64,000 nt of DNA from Nageia nagi (Eukaryota; Plantae; Pinophyta): positions 15,066,001-15,130,000 of the forward strand of contig JBITNC010000002.1 of assembly GCA_050084985.1 (NCBI GenBank), given 5' to 3'. Position numbers and translations under genes: made by a program. Positions 1-13,537 of this stretch are shown one piece after another. The notes under the pieces were generated by a model. It ran no database searches. It had not been told where the DNA came from and saw only the letters and a program-made list of their open reading frames with translations. The first letter of the stretch is position 1. Each line of letters starts with the position of its first letter.

Positions 1-681
1 CCATGAATTGAGGGCTATCATTCTTGACTTCCCCCTGGGAATCATCATATTTCATGGGACTCCCTCTATTACTTCAATATGAACATGTAAAAATCATAGG
101 AATTTGCATGTTAATATAAAATTATCCCAACAATAGATATCTTTTTTGAATGCCTTTTCAAATCTACATCTTAAATTGTTGATCTTCGCTAGGGTCAATG
201 CTTATGCCAATGTTATAGTTCTTTGGAATCCTCTGTGTGTATGCCATTAGAGTTTTTCTTTTTAATATTTCTAAAAAAGTATGGGTATTTTTGATATTAT
301 GTAAAATTGAAGGGGTATTTTGGATATTTTCCCTTTTTTTTTATAATGTAAAGACCTTCCAATTTATATTAAAATTCAAAAAGCACGTTCTAATAAAAAG
401 GGGTGGAACAACAAAGACATGCCCTCAAGATGGAACAACACTAACAAAAAAGGTTAGGAAATTTAAAAAAAAAAAACTATAATTGTCCTCGGAAAATACA
501 AAAATAGCCAAGTATTACTTGCTTACAATCATATCAAGACAATTATTAATAAGAAGAATTGCATGATGGATCATCCTTATCGACTCAAGTATTATAAGGT
601 ATCGGGATAACCCATCCCGAAGCATCTTAATGATCCATAGAGTTTAGATTAGCACGCTAGTCCACAATGGGTTTATGAGCA

Positions 682-760
682 CTTATTATGATGAACTAGC
701 ACCAGTCATATCCTAGCCACCAGCTTATTATGGTGAACTAGCACCACTCATATCTTAGCA
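682..760. repeat. 42-bp tandem duplication (about 2 copies)
   Basis: cttattatgatgaactagcaccagtcatatcctagc at 682 is repeated as cttattatggtgaactagcaccactcatatcttagc at 724. Confidence 0.85.
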
Positions 761-1989
761 AGCAACAGGAGAGGGATGGTAGGTCCTATGAAAGTTAAGA
801 GATTGATCTTGGATACATGATAGAGAATGCCAACATTGTCAAGAGCTAGAGAGATCTTTGGATAGAGGGTTTGATGGAACTATATTGATAACACAAGGGA
901 ATTTCCCCAATAGTCGAATAAAGAGAAGAGATGGTCCAATTGCATCACTCCATTATCTGTTTGTGCTTGAATTTGTGGCCAAAAATCATGAAAAATTACA
1001 ATCTTATAAGATAAATAAAAATAGAAGAAGCAAGCTACTCCTAAAAAATGATTCTATTTCAAACCTCCATTTTATCAGTAGAGTCTATTTTATTTAATCA
1101 ATTTTATAAGTATATTTGTCCCCTTTCATTCTATTCATAGACTAGCTTAGATAGCTTAATCAATGTAGAATACCTCTCGATGTTATTTTAAATTATCCTA
1201 TTTAAAAACTAGTCAAAGGTGATTTGAGGAAATTAATTGCAATATTATAATAAATAAAGATACCCTTTATCTTCATCTCTATTTAGTATTTACATAAATT
1301 AACTAAAAAAAAGATCTAGATGAAGTTGGGTGCCAAGGCACCAATGTCCATAATCTAATCATTATTATCTTACTTTATGCAAATGAATTATCTTGCTAAC
1401 CAATTATTGTGATTATCTTATAAAATAACGTGAGTTAACTATCAGATCTTGATAGCTCTCACCCACACATTTTATATTCTTTAATATTAGATGTGATCAA
1501 TATATTTTGACACCACCTATCAAAATTTAAATTTTACAATATCACATGAGCTTTGTTTCCTATCTTTCATTTTGCTCGCTAATGTAGGCTTAATTTTATA
1601 GGTTTACACATCGTCAAGCTTTGTTTGAACGTAATTTTTTGAGGTTCTAGTAATAGTTGCTTTGAAGAGTAGCTTAGGAATCCTAGCACAAATGCTTAGG
1701 AAGTAGGATCAATTTGGCTTAAATCTAACGAACAAAGTGTCAATATGTTAAGTCTATGTTTGGCATTTGATTTGCTTCTCATAAATGGAAAACATATAAC
1801 AATTCTCATTCCGATAGAGCTAGGTCAGATCCAATAGCTAGGGCATTGCTTACCTTTGTCATTTTGTTATTAAGTTATTGTTGATAATTCATGACTTATA
1901 CTCCATTATTGTACCATTTATCATTATTGAATAATTGTTAGGATTGTTAGGTACTTATGTTATTTGATTATTGAATCTCTTATAAGTGT

Positions 1990-2830
1990 CTGTAGGTGTA
2001 CCCTACATTCCTTTTCAATGATCAACTTTTAGAGATGATTATGGTGGTCTTTATGTTTTAGGAAACAATCGTAAAAAATGTAGAACTTTAGAATTGAGAT
2101 TGAAAGATTTTTTTTTCTTCTAACTCATAACGCTAGTAGTTCTATATGGTTGTGAAGTTTGGGGTGGAAGCATTTCTCAAGAAACATGGAGTAAAATTGA
2201 GCAAATTAAAAAATAATTCATTATTTATAACTTCAAAATTAAAATTAATACACTATATCTTATACTTCTCATGGAAGCTAGTTTACTCCTTATTGAAAGA
2301 AAAAATCCAAAATAATATATATTATACAATTATAAACCAACAAAGTTAAATCATGATAGATCTAACAAACTTGCCTAACCTACCTATGTAAGGTTGGCGA
2401 AATGATTTTGATAAATATTATAACCCTTTTAAATAATGATAACTTAAAATTATATATTTCAAATAAAGTATATAAATTTATTTGAATCGATCATAATATC
2501 AATAATAAAATAAAGGTACTTTATTATAAAACTATCATCAACCCAAAACTTGAACATACTCGTTAGATTATCAAAACTTCAAAAAAATTATTACAAAATT
2601 AAGAGTTACTTCACATGATTCACATAGTGAAATAGATAGATAAATGACACCTAAAACACTATAGGATAAAAGAATCTATAAACTCTATACCCTACACATT
2701 GTAAAAGATGAGATGTAGTTTACAAAGATATTAGATAAACTTGCAATAATATTTGTAATCACAACTTGATCTATAAAATCTTAAACCAAAATAACAAAAA
2801 CATTTTGACAATTTTATTATGAATCTTAAT
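1990..2830 (+). mobile_element. Degenerate LINE (RTE/L2-like) ORF2 C-terminal remnant
   Basis: The + strand encodes LYGCEVWG (~2142), ILLMEASLL (~2260) and ITKLRVTSHDSHSEIDR (~2590). These motifs are typical of the post-RT region of RTE/L2-type LINEs. Frameshifted. Confidence 0.6.
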
Positions 2831-3506
2831 CTCCTTTGATTTAATTGTAATATTTTTTAATTTTCAAACAAAATCTAACAAATCCTAATGTTAAATTATA
2901 CATAACATTTTTTAAAAATCTTTAAACAAATTTTAATAGATCTTAACCTTTTTCTTTTCTATCTAGCCAAAAACTCCTTATAGGGCCACCTTATCTTGAG
3001 AAACCACGATCAAGGGTAACTATTATACTAAAGATAATTTAAGAGCCTAACACTTTCTCAACTACATATTTCAATTTTTTTTTAAAAAAATTAGTGAAAC
3101 TTTTTGTTGAACCATCTTGATCTCTGAAGCCACAACTAAAGGTACCTATTTTGTCAAAGATGATTGAGGGTTAACACTTGATCCCAACTGCATTTGCAAT
3201 TTGAATATAATTTTGAATTTTTAGATATCTCCACATGATAAAACGAAGATTCCAAAATAAAGCTCCTTCAAAAACTTTCCCAACTACCTTAACATGATTA
3301 TTTGAAATAACTATTTCAATGTTTTTTTTTCCTTTGAATATCAACATAACACTAAAAGACAGCATCATAATCATCAAACGGTTACACTGCAACCGGAAAG
3401 CCGTAAACTACGTTTAACAAAGCCCGAAACGTCTATTTTCCGTAAACTTTCAGGCCCACTGATGGGAGAAGCAATGGCAGGCATGGATTCACCAAGAACA
3501 CGCATC

Positions 3507-3544
3507 TCCCAATTCGAGACACAATCCCAATTCGATACACAATC
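3507..3544. repeat. 18-bp tandem duplication in the DREB promoter
   Basis: tcccaattcgagacacaa followed by tcccaattcgatacacaa. Confidence 0.85.
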
Positions 3545-3574
3545 TCCACTCTAAATCTCGTTACACCTACTAAA

Positions 3575-3936
3575 ACGTGGGCAATCTTCTGACCTGTTCA
3601 TGATTTTGCTCTGACATAAAGCTCAAATGCGATGTCATGGATTCCCTGGAGCACCAACATCCTTTCCACGGCTTCCTCCAACCAAATCCTGGCCACAGAT
3701 TAGCGGGGAATTCTACCAACTTCAGGGGTCCGCACGGGGGACCTCCTTAGCTGTGAAGTGGCACAACAATGGCCGCAATAACATCTCTGCTACTATTAGT
3801 AGCAATCTCATGACGATGGAGCCTTTATGGTTTTTAACCTCTTTTTAGCAAACGTACAAAACCTGGATCTTGGCTACGTCATCGGGAATCCCCAATCCAG
3901 TTGGGCTAACTGTCCGGGCACGTCGTCGTTATATAG
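3575..3936 (+). promoter_or_regulatory. Proximal promoter of the DREB2-like gene: ACGT-core (ABRE/bZIP-like) motifs, CCAAT and TATA box
   Basis: ACGTGG at 3575-3580. TACGTCA (TGACGT on -) at ~3875. CCAAT at ~3892. GGCACGTC (ACGTGCC on -) at ~3917. TATATAG at 3930-3936, about 45 bp upstream of the ATG. The region is CpG-rich compared with the flanking TE DNA. Confidence 0.6.
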
Positions 3937-3978
3937 AGGCTTTTGCTTTCTGCAATTTTCCTGCATCAGCTTCGGGTA

Positions 3979-4638
3979 ATGAAGGGAAGAAAGAAGAGAA
4001 TGAAAGAGAGCAGGAATAGTATTAATAATGGTGTGGAGTTGTTGGGTCAGAGGGAGAGGAAAGGTGCGGCGAAGAAAGGGAGAGGGGGACCCGAGAATTC
4101 TCTGTGGAATTACAGAGGAGTGAGACAGAGGACGTGGGGAAAATGGGTGGCGGAGATCCGAGAGCCTGAACGAGGGGCGCGTCTCTGGCTCGGAACGTTC
4201 TCCACGGCCGAGGAAGCTGCCAGAGCTTATGACGAAGCCGCCAAGTTCCACTACGGTCTCGCCGCCAAGCTTAACTTGCCGGAATCTTACTGTTTTTCTG
4301 CTACTGAATCTTCATCATCTTTTGTTTCTGTGGATTCACAAGAAGACCAAACCATGAACCATGCTCGGCCTGAAACATCCTCTTCGGTTAAGGAGGAGGA
4401 GGAGGAGAATTGTGGAGATTTGTACGAGGCGGAAGAAACCAACCCGTTTGAACTGAGTCTTCCGCCTTTGAGTCCGCCCAGCGACTTGTTTCTCTTGGGA
4501 GATACGTGGAACAGAGTCGAAGCTCCCTTTGCCGACTTGGCATCTGTGGAGGGTCGGCAACGGATTGACGAGGTCCCGGCTCTGTATTTGGATGCCTACT
4601 CTCACCTGCCTTCGTGGCCTCCGATATTTTTTTTCTAA
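3979..4638 (+). CDS. DREB2: AP2/ERF transcription factor, DREB A-2 (DREB2-like), 219 aa, apparently intronless
   Basis: Single AP2 domain [57 protein letters not shown] with the DREB-type V14/E19 residues. It is preceded by the DREB2 signature KGRGGPEN and a basic N-terminus, and followed by a Ser-rich then acidic C-terminus. The first ATG downstream of the TATA box is 3979; the track ORF begins at a TTG. Confidence 0.93.
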   Translation: MKGRKKRMKESRNSINNGVELLGQRERKGAAKKGRGGPENSLWNYRGVRQRTWGKWVAEIREPERGARLWLGTFSTAEEAARAYDEAAKFHYGLAAKLNLPESYCFSATESSSSFVSVDSQEDQTMNHARPETSSSVKEEEEENCGDLYEAEETNPFELSLPPLSPPSDLFLLGDTWNRVEAPFADLASVEGRQRIDEVPALYLDAYSHLPSWPPIFFF

Positions 4639-6019
4639 TTGGACAGAAGACTTCTTGCTTATGACAACATTTTTTTTTAACTTGGCCAGAGAAGAAGCGA
4701 AGTGGGTTGGCTTTATTTAGTTAGTGAAATTGAATCAGTGTACAGTGTTGATGTCTGAGAAATAAGAAATTGTGATGGTTTTTTAACTCTCTTATCCAAA
4801 CGGCTGGAGCCATTGATGCAATTTTACTTGCTTTCCTTATGATACAAATAATTAAAATATATTGGACGGAATAATAGTTGGGGACCAGATGTATGGGGGA
4901 ATTCCAGAGTGGATCATTGGAACTAACCTGCCTAGAGGCAAAATCATAGAGGCTACAAGCTAATTGGACCTGTGTATCAGCCCTGCAAGAAATCTGCATT
5001 TACCATTTGGTACCCTTACGGAGAGCTACCAAAATGATTGAAATTTAAGTCTTTAGAATACATATAAAAGATAATCAATCTCTGGAATACCAAGTTGTGT
5101 ACAGTAAACAAAATATACATCAAACCGGGGTAGTTTTGTTACCTTGTGTGATTGAAACTTTTAAAAACAAGGTTTTGGGTTCCTGTATGAAAAACCCGTG
5201 TCAACTTTTATTTTTGGTATTTATCCTCACCAAAAAAATATAGCTGAAGACTAGAAATTCAGAAACGAATTAGGAGTGTTCTTTCTTTCATCTATTGCGT
5301 TCTGTTAAGAGACTTGGGCATCAGATTTCAGGATTTTGGATCTTTCAGTTTATCATGTCTATGGTTGGACGAACCCTTTTTCAATAACAGTTAAAAACGT
5401 TAGTCCTATTCCTAAGCCTTATGACCTACAGAAAGCTCCATTAAATGGATTTTGCTAGTTTATCTTGACTCTCAAGCATCAAATTCACGTCTTCTTGCGG
5501 GTAGTATCATCATTACAAGCTATAATCATATACGATGTATCTGAATTTTATTAGGCTCGAAAGAGTTAAAGATACAGTTGAAATCTGTACCTCGTATTTA
5601 GCTTGATTATCTACATGTCTCCTTCCAATTTTGAGATATCTTGTCTGGATTGATTAATTTTGTCTACCCCAATTGATGCTTGCAAAATGTTTCATGCAGT
5701 GTGCTTTACTGTATCAGCATTTTCTGGTAAGTTTTTCTTCCAATTACTAAAGACAATGATGCCGCTTGAAATGAATCTCAGTGTAGGAGATGATATTTGA
5801 GAATTTGAATGACAAATTTTGTAGTGGAAAGTTGTTCAATGGTTTGAATTTGGGAAACATAGCACTGAAGAAGTTGACGAATTCATCATTTGCTATTTGT
5901 TACAACGGTCAATACTTCAAAATCTATGCCAACGTTATGAATGCTTTTGAAGTGTATGCTTGAAAGAATGACATGCAGCGCAAAAATCTCAATCTTCACA
6001 TGCTACTTTGTATGTCTAT

Positions 6020-6225
6020 TTGAGTGCCCTTGCTTTATCCAGCAAAAGACAATTACATGACTTCCTTTGCACCTGTCATGCCTGGAGTGACATTTGTGGA
6101 GTTTGGAGGTGTGTGGAAGCAACCAAAAGGAAATGCAGCATGGTGAAGCAGAAGCCATTTTTGTTGAACCTGTTGAGAGAGGAGAGGCGTACACAATGCT
6201 GCATATGAATTTCTGAAATAATTGT
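6020..6225 (+). pseudogene. argD: Fragment of acetylornithine aminotransferase (class III PLP aminotransferase; ArgD/WIN1-like), frameshifted
   Basis: Joining frames gives LSALALSSK/DNYMTSFAPVMPGVTFVEFGGV/EATKRK/QHGEAEAIFVEPVERG/GVHNAAYEFLK. This is colinear with the plant ACOAT segment [29 protein letters not shown]...[22 protein letters not shown] (recalled from memory). Confidence 0.8.
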
Positions 6226-7758
6226 ACACTCTCTTTAATATCTCAGTTGCCTTTCTTGTCCTTTATGAGGTAAATGAACTGAATTTCCTTTCTTTAAGTG
6301 TAATGTGATGGTAAATGTACCCTGTTTCCGCCAATTTACTTTAGCAATAGGAACCACTGCTAGAGTGGTAGTGTATCTGCCCCTTTTCACGTTTTGTGTA
6401 CCTTGGTTTGTGGCTTGGCAAGTATCAAAACTCTGGGATTGAGTAATGTAATTTGGAGAATTTTTTTTGTTAGGTAAACATGGTTTTCTTTGTTGGGATC
6501 CTCTTGGAATAGGTAAATGTTTTATACTTGTTCCTCGTTTTAGGCTGGTTATTAACATGTCGTAGCACAATTTATGGTATCATCGTAAAGTTTCAGCATC
6601 ATCATCTTAAGATGTTGGCATCATCTTCGTAAGGTGGCATTACACTTCAATAATCCAAATCCATCAACTAAAACCATAATATCAAATTTGAAATTTTAAT
6701 ATCTTGAAATTCTGAATTGATCTTTTGTGGCTTCTGTTCACCGACTAATCTCTGATCTCTGCCTTCTCAGTGGCTTCTTCCCGTGTATTTTTCTTCATTG
6801 TTCAAGTGATCAACGCAAGCCAAATATTATCAAATGACTTTCATGCTTCAAGTTTACAAGAGGTATGAAATCATTTATTTGAGTGATTATGCCATAGTAT
6901 AATTATTGCAATAATATTATAGTGTGTGGAAAGGATTAATGAAATTATATTGATACTTGTATAGCAATAGGCATGATAACTATTCATGTAAAGGTGGGTA
7001 AAAGGTATTGGTTTAAGGTGAGGGTAAAGTTGTTGGGGAGAGGTGGAGTGATGTCTAAAATAGAAAATATATTGCCAAACTTCAAGTACACTGGTCAGAA
7101 GTTGCCTTGTGTATTTACTTCAAATAATTGTATCCACTTAATCATCTTCTCAAATCTTCTTAATGAAACATTCAACACAAAAATCAAACTGCTACATTTA
7201 CTTGAAATATTGAGCATGGTGCAAAGGATTTCAAATGGCATGCAACAAAGAGTATAGATAACTATCGTTGTTTCACAATGCACCATTATATTTACAGGAA
7301 TACTATTGAAATAAGATCCACAATACAGACTATAATTGGCATGAAGAGCAGCATATGCATTAAAATCAGCTAGTAAAACTGACATGCAAAGAAGAAAATA
7401 TATTAATGTCCATTGGTGACCAAAAGCAGTGAATAGGACTGGAGTATACATAGTAAGTGTGATAGCAGCATAGGGTATAGGCTGATCCCCAATAAGGCTA
7501 AACTACAATAAGAAATAGAAGCTACAAAAATGAATCAAGTGGATCAAAACCTTAAAAATATGATTAAAGATACAACAGGGAGCACCATATCAATTGAACT
7601 AGGGAGAAGGTGAGGGCACCCTTAGAGATGATGTCGTGTTGAGTTCTCTCAAATCTCTCTGGAACCGGCACCTATATCAACTCTAAAGCAGGATGTAATC
7701 TATCAAGACCTGAAAGGAATGTGAGTGTCCTGTAGGCGTCTCCTAGTGCTGCGGGTGG

Positions 7759-8400
7759 GTGGAGGATGCAGTAATTTATCAAGACCTAGAAGGAATATCC
7801 TCTTTGAACATTGGCAACAGGCTTCAATATTTGGGGGTGGTCAACCCAATCTGTGCTTTTTTTGGGGAACCTGATAGTTTCACTCATGTCTTCTGGTCTT
7901 GTTCTAAAGCCTCAACCACTTGGAGTTGTATTCTTTTCTTCTTTCGGCCTTTTATGGTTACTCCATGTTATTGGTTTCATGTGTTATTAGTAGACCCTAT
8001 TCATTTCTCTAAACCCTTGGGGAAGTTTGGCATATTTTTCGACTCAGTATTTTATATCATCTTTGGAAGGTTAGGAATGATATTGTTTTTGCTTAGCAAT
8101 AAGCTTCATCTTCTTTTTCTTTAGCGGACAAATATGCTATTTTCTACGAATGCTAGCTACAAATTATTGCTCAAGTTGAGAAAGTGAACGTGGAGATTCA
8201 GCATCTACAAAACTTACTTGATTATTGGGGGAATGCACCCTGCTCCATCAATCGGGTTCCTCCAAAATGAATTCCTAACCTAGAGTTAGTTTAAAGGGGA
8301 TACTTTTTGGTTTATCTGTTTTGCTTTCTCACAGGGTGTGCTTAATTCCACCCGCACCTTGTTTTGTATGAAAGAGATTTTATATTAATTTAAAGTTCTT
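7759..8400 (+). mobile_element. L1-type LINE 3' remnant (zf-RVT-like region)
   Basis: CAFFGEPDSFTHVFWSCSKASTTW matches the C-x2-(C)...E...H.FW.C...W zinc-finger region of plant L1 ORF2. Confidence 0.65.
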
Positions 8401-8419
8401 TTTCATTCAAAAAATATCC

Positions 8420-9050
8420 TCTTTGAACTCTAGGTGGGGCTGCTGCTCTCATTGTGAATCTAGATCCATAGAAGGGTACTCCCAAGTATGTGTATGCGGT
8501 AGCTATCACAATAACTGTCCAATTATGTAATCTAGAATCTAGATTTGATCCAATATGCATTTGGGTACACTCCACTGAAAGAGTCCAAGGAAGGCATCTA
8601 CCAAACATTGAAGACCCTCTGTGATATGTGAAAGAAGCACAATATTATTTGCAAAGAGGAGAATGGATATATGACTATCATGGAGGAGGCAACCTGCATT
8701 AGGACCTACGGTCTCTAAGATGAAAGACTCCAACTCATCAATGTATAGCCCAAAGAGGGTCAGCGAGAGAACACCCTTTCTCCACTCCAATGGTGATGAT
8801 AATGCTATTTGAGAGTCCTTTTGCAATGTGGATCCAAGCTGATAATGTCTCATATAGGGTCATGATGTTTGTGAGACCAATCTCTAGAATCCTTAACCGT
8901 CTAAGTTTGTCCATGAGTCAATGATGGAGAACTTGTTAAATGCCTTCCAAAAGTCTATGAGACAGTAATACTCTAGGGACTTTCATAACTTGACTTCCTC
9001 AATGATAGCCCACAAGGTGAGGATGTGGTCTGAGGTACAGTGATCTACAT
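8420..9050 (-). mobile_element. LINE reverse transcriptase remnant (RTE/L2-like)
   Basis: Minus-strand motifs TSDHILTLWAIIEE, LSLTLFGLYIDEL, ILLFANNIVLLS (YADD box) and YTYLG occur in RT order, with frameshifts. Confidence 0.8.
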
Positions 9051-9716
9051 ACAAATCTACATACCAAACAAAACATCTTTGCTTCCAAAGAAAAGAATGG
9101 AAACTTGCAAACTTGATACAGCTTAGCAAAGTTGTGGATATTGTGTCTCGTGGACAAGTTTTGGAATTAGTTTGCAATATGAAATTACTTACTGAGATCT
9201 GATAGATTCTTCAGTTTTTTAACCACGTGTTAAAATCTGACATGTGAGAGATCTCAATCTTCATTTTTGATAAAGTAATAGCTTTATTATTTTTAACTTC
9301 AATATTGTAGAACATAGCTGAAATGCCTGAACTTGTTAGTCACAAGTTAGTCTTCTACAACAAACCACGTAATTTGTGATACTTTCCTAGTTTCCTCTGT
9401 TAAGGCGAAGTCTGAGAGTGTATGCTTGGATTTGATAAAGGCTTTAATGTCAAATGCAGTATGATATAATTAGAACATAGTTATTAGGCTCAAGTGTTCT
9501 TATTTTTATTAGTTGAGAGAAAAGGTATCTTAACATGTCATATCTGGATGAAACAACGATACAATAATGTAATGAAGCCAAATACAAGCTAGAAGATTTG
9601 AATCTCTCTACTAGAACTTCCTACACCCTAATGCATCTTAGATCCAAGTAGATTCCTTGACAATGATAACTGCATATGTACATAAATGAATTCTCCATGT
9701 TTTCACTCTCTAACAT

Positions 9717-10613
9717 GTGTGTATAAGTACAGAGAAGGCGACCTGTAACAAGGATGTTAAGCTTAAGTCCTTCAATAGCACCACATGGACTTCATTAGAA
9801 AAATTGATGCAAATAGATATTGACAATTCCAGACTGCTCATAATTGCCCTGCCTAAGAAGCGCTCCTTCACTATTATCAAAGCACTTTTAACTCTTGATA
9901 TGTCTCATTTGGATTGACCTTCTAAGCTCCATATACTACTCGAGCAGATCAACCTGCCATTAAAGTTACACCACTGGAAGCTGCCAACACACTTTCTCCA
10001 TCAGCCATTCAAGGTCCTTGGAGAGAAGCCACCTCACCCAAAGCCCATATTCCAAAACCCCTACAAAAATTTTCCCACCATACTCCCTGCCGAAGTACTG
10101 TCCGAAGCACCTCCTTTGGAAGCTCTCCTACTGCAACACCACTACGAAGCTTCCCCTGTGGAAACTTTACAGCAGAAGAACACAATGCTGAGTCAATTCT
10201 CTATTGAAACTCCAACTCTGGAAACATTGGCTATGATAACATCTGAATGTACAGAAGATAAACCTGCTGAAGAAATCAAGCACTCTGAAATAGAAAAAGT
10301 GGCCTTATAAAGCAATTGATTGTTTTGAGGAGCTACCTGCGGCCAAGCCTTCGTGATGACTGCAAAACGATTTCGAAAGGAAATAAGCAGTTATTATGGA
10401 GGCACTGATGAATAGTGTGCATATAATTTGTTTGAGTATAAAGGCAAGACAGGTAACATATCCACTTCTAAAAATTTCTTCTGCAATTCAAGCGTAGAAA
10501 CTGTAAATAGCAACAATTGGGAGAAACTGAGTTTACCGTACTACAAGAACATAACTTTTCACAGAATTTACCAAATTGTTTCGCTTCAGGATCTTAATGG
10601 GCACTATCTATAA
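9717..10613 (+). pseudogene. Degenerate reading frame of ~299 codons encoding an unidentified protein
   Basis: Track ORFs 9717-9917, 10116-10310 and 10428-10613 share one frame. The whole span has only five internal stops (TGA/TAA/TAG). No family recognised. Confidence 0.4.
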
Positions 10614-13083
10614 TAGTAAGTAATTGGTTTTAAAAAAGTTGCAATATTTGTTAAAAGCAGAAGTGTTTAAAATAGGGATGCTTTTTTTGAAAAAACATCT
10701 GCAGCCCATTTTGGAAAATCCCATGCAAAACATGAAAAGAGGGATTGTTTTCACCTCTGAATTCCCAACATGATTCTCTTGAGAAATTCCTTTTGGCACA
10801 GTAATGGTATAGATTAGATGGTGATAATACAGTAATAGAAGCTATTATGCTTGCATTTGAATGCGATTTGATGAAACATTCTTGTAGGTAGATAATTAAT
10901 TGTCTTTTAAAAGTCCTTTTTAATCCATTGATTTGTAGGAAAATAAATATCAAATAATGTATAGATATTTTAAGAAAAACAATAATACTTTCAAGGATAA
11001 TTAATTACAATTATTTACACTCATAAGATGAAAAGTATTGTCGTAATATTTGAAAATTAAAAAAAAATCTTCCATACAAATGAACAATGTGAATCATTTA
11101 CATGAATATTGCATAAATGTTCAATTATTAAAAATAAGAAATTTTAGGCTAAAGATACTTAGAAAATAATTATGTGAAGGATGCTTATAAGGTCTAGCAT
11201 TTGATTATTCACTTATGAGATAAGGTTGATTGCATAATCATGTGATCTTAAAAGTAGACCTTTAGATTCTTAATATATTGCTTCATATTTTGTTAAAATA
11301 CTCTTCTTATTAAATCTTCAAACATTTTAAAAGTTTGAATTATATATAATAAAGCTAAGGGCATACTACATTATGATACTTTTTTTATTAGTTTCTTTAT
11401 TTGTAGACACTCAATACTTTGAAATGATATATTATAATCCATTACATTTTTATTGTCCTTTATTTGTTCACCCATGGTGCATATAACTTTTATATATTAA
11501 ACACTACATCATCTAATGCTCTTAACCATTGAGGTCTTAACACCATATTTTCTCTTGAATTGAGTATTTGAATGATTGTTATCATATAAAGAAAGATATT
11601 GAATAATACATATATATTAAAAGAAAAATAGGAATACTGTGAAGGACAATTGACCACAATCACTCACATCTACTTGATGAAAATAAATTATTAGAACAAA
11701 ATTCTAGAACCAAATTAAGAATAATGTGATAATGTTTGTTAAAACCTCTAAATAGTAGCTTATCACCTTTTAGTAGGGAGTTGAGATACTAGTGAGGTGT
11801 CAAGAAACTCACATTGAACATCTCAAGTTCTATTCCCACCCCCTATATTGGTGATATTTAAAAAATCTTGATATGTTAAATATAATTTTCTATAGATATT
11901 CTTACATTAGAAACTTACCTTCTACACTTATTTAGATACCTAAAGTCTACCTTTTCTTTGCCATTTGTGTTGATAAGATCAAATTGAAAAAAAATTGAAG
12001 TCATTTACCATTGCTTCAAGATCTCAATCATACTTTCACATATCTTAATAAAATTGTACAATGATCTGCCAATCGTGGAGATGTTGCCTACCAATTATTA
12101 CATGACTTGAATCTATGTATACATCTTTTCATATATAGAAGAGGCAGTGATGAAAATAATGAGAATTTGATAAGCTATGAAGATCAACATTACATATTTT
12201 TTGGCATTTGAAGCTATTATAGTCTTGCTCAAGTATAATTTCAAAATTTTAATCATCATATTCAAAATCATACTATAATCATTGAGTCACTTAGCATCCC
12301 ATATTAAATCGTGATAGTAATTTGCACAATTTCATACTCATATTATAATTTACCTAGTTTTCATGCGATTTTTGCATCTAATCAAAATCAAAATTCTAGA
12401 TTTTGAGTTCAAAATATTCATTAAGGTAAAATCATATTCATTTTTGTTATTTGTCATTTTAAGATTCATCTTTTCAACCATTTATTTTTATAAAAAATTA
12501 GGTGATTTTTAGGGATTGATATCCTTTTGAGGAAGCTTATTTACATGCTTATAAGTTGAAGCTATATTTGAACTAGGAAAGTAACAAATATTGAATATTC
12601 AAGAGAAGATCCCATAAATATCAAAAATCCAGTATACCATGGCCACTTAAGCCCATGTTATTTCAATGCAAATATGAATGGTATGTTTTGTTAACATCTT
12701 AATCTAGCATTTTACTTATACAACTTGGAATTTGTAACATTTGCAATATTGATATCAATCCTATTATTATTAATATTCAATTTTATACACTCAACCATGT
12801 CAAAATTGATAAGTTATAAATGCTGCTGAAATCAATTAACACCCTAGCTTATTCATTCTTGATATGACCTCATACCTAGATCATTTAAAAAGGTGTGATG
12901 CATACAAGTGTAAACAAAGATAATATAATGCCATTTATTCTAAGTTTATTGAAATTAATAAGTTTTGAGTGTTACTCAAATTAATTAACACCCTAACTTA
13001 TTCATTCTTGGCATTACCTAATATGTTGACACCTAAATTTGGTCCCCCTAAGGTGGCCCTGCTTAGGTGTTATATTATAATCA

Positions 13084-13537
13084 TTTTTTATCATATTATT
13101 ATCAAACATATCTCATAGGGAACCAAATCCCAAGTTTGATTTTTCATTAGAGCCTCATACTCAACTTTCATGATGAGGGCTCATTCTTGTTATCAATTTT
13201 GGTAAATAAGGTTTTGATTAAGGTCACACTTCTTGTTATCCTTTGTGTTGGGCTTTTGCTCCTAAGATAACTTATCTACACTAACATCCAATCGATTAGG
13301 TGGAAAAAAGAGTCATCAAGATCATCCAAGTCCTCACAAGAAGTAGATTCCATAGGAATTTCATTCAAGATGACCACTGCCCTGGAGGAAGGAGAGAAGA
13401 TCCTATAGCCTTTATGTTGACTGTCATAGCACACAAAGTACAATTTTCAGATATTTTATCCAACTTCTTTCATTTCTCAAAAATAATAAAGGCATAAGCA
13501 TCACAACAAAAAAACCTAAGGTGAGCGATGTTAGGTC
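13084..13537 (-). mobile_element. Copia fragment C (integrase C-terminus to start of RT), same family as elements A and B
   Basis: Colinear with 20680-21195 (e.g. cctaaggtgagcgatgttagg vs ccttaaggtgagaaatgttaag). It ends exactly at the TG of LTR A. Confidence 0.75.

Noticed and set aside
3700-3720. Heat-shock element at ggggaattctacc
   Set aside because: GAA and TTC lack the nGAAnnTTCn spacing
3943-3978. N-terminal extension of the DREB ORF from the TTG start
   Set aside because: Non-ATG start only ~7 bp after the TATA box; probably promoter or 5' UTR
3874-4605. Antisense ORFs 3874-4251 and 4336-4605
   Set aside because: Shadows of the GC-richer DREB CDS with no recognisable motifs
11770-11855. 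Possible SINE/tRNA head with B-box-like agttctattccc
   Set aside because: No convincing A-box, cloverleaf, tail or TSD
12829-13019. ~42-bp direct repeats at 12829 and 12978 as a TRIM
   Set aside because: No TG...CA ends, PBS, PPT or TSD
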